Of a stretch of DNA of 64,000 bases, positions 60,849 through 64,000 are shown in pieces. Source of the DNA: Planctomycetota bacterium (lineage in GTDB: Bacteria > Planctomycetota > UBA1135 > UBA2386). The position numbers were made by a program, and so were the translations under genes. The stretch's first letter is position 1. Each line of letters begins with the position of its first letter. The notes under the pieces were generated by a model, which made no database searches, was not told the origin of the DNA, and was given only the letters and a program-made list of their open reading frames with translations. The DNA is taken from assembly GCA_046290465.1 (NCBI GenBank), contig JBKAGP010000001.1, positions 5,952,001 through 6,016,000 on the forward strand. Reading direction: 5' to 3'.

Positions 60849-63340
60849 GCAGCGACGATCGCGAGACGGACGAACGGGTGGCCGACCTGGTCGAGCAGGT
60901 GCTCGAGCTGCGCGCCAGCGGTGCGGCGCCGGACCTGCTGGCGATGGCCGGCGGCGACGACGCCCTGTGCCGCCGCCTCGAGCAGGCACTCGAGGATCTC
61001 GAGGCCTTGCCGGCGATGTTCGGGCCGGCGATGTTCGGTGCGGTCGGCGGCGACGACGCATGGCTCGGGCGGATCCTGGGCGAGCGCTTCGAACTGGTCG
61101 AACGCATCGGAGCCGGTGCCATGGGCATGGTCTACCGTGCCAACGATCGTGTGCTCGGCCGCGACGTCGCGGTCAAGCTGCTGCGGTCCGAGCTGCCGGT
61201 CGGCGAGCGCATGGCCGCCCGCCTCGAACGCGAGGCCGAAGTGCTGGCCAACATCCGCGATCGCAACGTGATCACGGTGTTCGATCGCGGGCGCACCGGG
61301 GACGGCCGGGCGTTCTTCGTGATGGACCTGCTGCGCGGCGAGAGCCTGGTCTCGTTCCTCGCCGGCGGCGGGCTCGATGGACCGGCGCGGCTCGAACGAT
61401 TCCGGGCGCGGCTGGGCGGGCTTGCGACCTCACGCAGCGACCTGCGCACCGTCGCTGGCTGGCTGGTGCAGGCCTGCGCCGGGGTGCAGGCGGCGCACGA
61501 CTCGGGTGTGCTGCACCGCGACCTCAAACCGTCGAACCTGTTCGTCGAGCGCGACGGTCGGGTCGTCGTGCTCGACTTCGGGATCGGCTCGGTGCACGCG
61601 TCGCAGACGCTCGGCTCCGACGGTTCGCCGCTCGGCACCCCGGCCTACATGGCGCCCGAGCAGCTCGGCGAGGCGACGGTCGACGCGCGCACCGACGTCT
61701 ACGGACTCGCCGCGACGCTCTACCACCTGGTGACGGGCAAGGCGCCGTTCGACGGCGCCGTCGCGCGCGTGCTGCACGGCGTCGCCCGGCAGGAGCCGCC
61801 GGTGGTCGACCGCGTTCGTCCCGGCGTGCCGCGAGACCTCGCCGCCATCGTCGAGAAGGGCATGGACAAGGATCCGGCGCGTCGATACGCGTCGGCGGCC
61901 GAACTCGGCGCCGACCTCGAGGCCTGGCTGGAACATCGGCCGGTCGAGGCGCGACGGATGTCGTTGTTGCGGCGAACGGCGCGGCGCGTTGCCAGCAACG
62001 CCTCGGCACGGGCTGCGGCCGGTGTGTTGCTGCTGGTCGTTCTGGTGCTCGGCGCCTTTTGGTGGCGCGCGGCTGCGGCAGAGCGCGACCGATCGCTGTG
62101 GCTGGACGACTTCGAGCGGATCGGGTCGTCGCTGGTCAACGACCTGCCGACGCTGCGCTCGACCAACGCGCTGGTGCGCAGCGAGCGGCTGCAGCAGGGG
62201 CTGGACCGGATGGTGGGTCTGGCGGTGTATCCGGGGATCTCGCTCGGCCTGCGCGCCGTCAACCGGATCGACCTCGCGGACCACGCGGGTGCCGCGCGCG
62301 ACCTCGAACGGATCGCCGACGTCGGGCCGGCACCGTTTGCGCTGGCCCTCGCGGCCGAACTGCGTGCCGGCCGGGCGGACCCGCTACCGCTGCTGTCCGG
62401 CGAACGTGCGCCCGAGCTCGGCTGCGATGCCGACCGGTTCGTCGCGGTGCTGCTCGGGATGCGCCTGGCATGGGCGGCACCGGCCTGGATCGAAGCCGTG
62501 CTCGCCGGCTGCGACGACCCGGCCCGCCCCGGCCTTGCCGACCTGGTCGTGCTGCAGCGCTTCCGGGGCACGTTCGCACTGGATGGCGGGCCCGACGGCA
62601 CGCGCGAGCGCCATGCGGTGCTCGACGACACGGCCCGTCTGCGCGCGCGTCGCGGCGCGACGTCCGGCGTGTTGCTGCACGTTCGTGCCAACGTGCTGCT
62701 GCGGTTGGGGCGCGCCGGAGAAGCGCTCGCAGTCGCCAGCGAAGGCATCGCGCTGTGCCCCGACGACTACCTGTTCCACCTCGCGCACGGACACGCGGCG
62801 TACTTGCGCGGTCGGTTCGAGGCGGCGCTGGCTTCGCTGCAGGCGGCGACCTCGCTGCAGCCGTCGTCGCTGCGCGCCCACCGGATGAGCAACGACACGC
62901 TGCTCGAGCTCGGGCGCTTCGACGAGGCGGCCGAGCAGATCGACCGGGTGCCGTGGCAGCTCGATGCGCGCGGCGCCGCCTGGCGATGCGAACAGGAGGC
63001 GTTGCTCGCGTTCGCGCGCGGTTGCCACCGGCTGGCCGATCCGGCGGCCGACGACGGCGCCGCCGCTGCGAGCTTCGCCCTGGCGCGCGAGCGATTCGTG
63101 CGCGCCCGGCAGCTCAGCGGTTCTGGGCCGGGCTTCGAGGAATGGGTGTGTGCCGCGCGGGCCGGCGAGCGGTCGGCGTTCACCCGAGTGCTCGAATCGG
63201 TGTTGGCGACGCCCGCGGACGCGCACGCGCTCGAACGCCTGTCCTACGTGTTGCCCCCGAAGTTCTCGGAGGAGGAGATCCGGTTGCTCGCGCAACTGCT
63301 CCGATCCCAGGCGGCCGCGCTCGAGGGGCGCGATCGCTAG
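60845..63340 (+). CDS. membrane Ser/Thr protein kinase with C-terminal TPR-like region
   Basis: IGAGAMGMVY, VAVK, HRDLKPSN, DFG, GTPAYMAPE; a TM helix, then TPR-like helices. Confidence 0.95.
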   Translation: MSSDDRETDERVADLVEQVLELRASGAAPDLLAMAGGDDALCRRLEQALEDLEALPAMFGPAMFGAVGGDDAWLGRILGERFELVERIGAGAMGMVYRANDRVLGRDVAVKLLRSELPVGERMAARLEREAEVLANIRDRNVITVFDRGRTGDGRAFFVMDLLRGESLVSFLAGGGLDGPARLERFRARLGGLATSRSDLRTVAGWLVQACAGVQAAHDSGVLHRDLKPSNLFVERDGRVVVLDFGIGSVHASQTLGSDGSPLGTPAYMAPEQLGEATVDARTDVYGLAATLYHLVTGKAPFDGAVARVLHGVARQEPPVVDRVRPGVPRDLAAIVEKGMDKDPARRYASAAELGADLEAWLEHRPVEARRMSLLRRTARRVASNASARAAAGVLLLVVLVLGAFWWRAAAAERDRSLWLDDFERIGSSLVNDLPTLRSTNALVRSERLQQGLDRMVGLAVYPGISLGLRAVNRIDLADHAGAARDLERIADVGPAPFALALAAELRAGRADPLPLLSGERAPELGCDADRFVAVLLGMRLAWAAPAWIEAVLAGCDDPARPGLADLVVLQRFRGTFALDGGPDGTRERHAVLDDTARLRARRGATSGVLLHVRANVLLRLGRAGEALAVASEGIALCPDDYLFHLAHGHAAYLRGRFEAALASLQAATSLQPSSLRAHRMSNDTLLELGRFDEAAEQIDRVPWQLDARGAAWRCEQEALLAFARGCHRLADPAADDGAAAASFALARERFVRARQLSGSGPGFEEWVCAARAGERSAFTRVLESVLATPADAHALERLSYVLPPKFSEEEIRLLAQLLRSQAAALEGRDR

Positions 63341-63369
63341 TCGTTCTCGCTCCCTCGCTCTCGACCAAG

Positions 63370-64000
63370 ATGAACTGCCTCGCCATTTCCGGTTCGTTCC
63401 TGCTGCTCGCGGCCACCTGTGCCTCCCAGAATCCCGGCCAGTTGCCGGTCGCTCCGCTACCCGCCCGCGGGGTGCTATCGACCTTCCAGATGGGGATGCT
63501 GTTCGACGACGACCTCACGCGGATCGCGCTGCGCCGCGCCGGCCGGCGTGGCCTGCTCGACGTGTACCCGGGCGTCGCACAGGGCAACGTCATCGATGCC
63601 TCGGGGGCGGCGATCAACGGCTGGATCCGCTCCCAACCCGGGTGGTCCCAGTTCGGCTGGCAGCCGGCCTTCGATGCCCTGTCCACCTACTCCGACAACC
63701 TGCCGATCGAGCTGTTCGACCCGAACACCGCGGTGGCCGGAGACGAGTATTACCGTCCGTACGACGCGGGCCAGGACTCGTGGGCGATGCTCGAACTGGC
63801 CGTCGAGGCAGGGACCATCCGCGCCACCAATGCCGCGATCGACAACGCCACGACGCTCGGCTACTACTTCCAGAACTCGGGCTTCCCGAGCCAGCTCCAG
63901 AACGGTGTCTACCACGAGATCCTGCGACCGGACTTCACCAGTGGCAGCGTGCCGGCGCCGTCCGGAACGGTCGGGATCCGCGGGCTCGACGCGGGGCTCG
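63370..64000 (+). CDS. secreted hypothetical protein, truncated by the window end
   Basis: MNCLAISGSFLLLAATCASQNPG... is open to nt 64000; not in the ORF track because it has no stop. Confidence 0.7.
   Translation, partial: MNCLAISGSFLLLAATCASQNPGQLPVAPLPARGVLSTFQMGMLFDDDLTRIALRRAGRRGLLDVYPGVAQGNVIDASGAAINGWIRSQPGWSQFGWQPAFDALSTYSDNLPIELFDPNTAVAGDEYYRPYDAGQDSWAMLELAVEAGTIRATNAAIDNATTLGYYFQNSGFPSQLQNGVYHEILRPDFTSGSVPAPSGTVGIRGLDAGL

Overview
High-GC, gene-dense bacterial window with about 50 real CDS; most of the long ORFs in the supplied track are shadow frames. Several features point to Planctomycetota (inference): the DUF1592/DUF1552 pair, ECF sigma + Ser/Thr kinase pair, adjacent bamD-lptE and a multiheme-HEAT protein. 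Housekeeping backbone: sod (3' end), an LPS/glycan operon, cyclophilin, purK/purE, lptE, bamD, recO, a CNNM/CorC protein, HDOD-GGDEF, ECF sigma, hutI, ftcd, kptA, mscS, an ABC exporter, an HtrA-type protease, aceE-type E1, M48 peptidase, an ATL protein, ispG and MFS transporters. Best candidate for an undescribed system: a 4-gene cassette of visibly different composition (42136-46340). It encodes a secreted 12-Cys/5-Trp small protein, a MauE/DoxX membrane protein and two membrane-anchored unknowns, with no mauB/mauG/mauD. Other notable items: a stand-alone atypical nitrilase-fold + small-ORF islet (52574-54913); a glycan-tailoring operon built only from domain fusions (28936-36704); a 28-bp direct repeat bracketing the four genes that separate hutI from ftcd; a ~195-bp element bounded by inverted repeats between purK and the pentaheme-HEAT gene; a CarH-type B12-binding protein with no DNA-binding domain; and repeated short tandem duplications at gene ends. 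I saw no rRNA, tRNA, CRISPR array, transposase or integrase. All calls are from reading motifs by eye; no searches were run.
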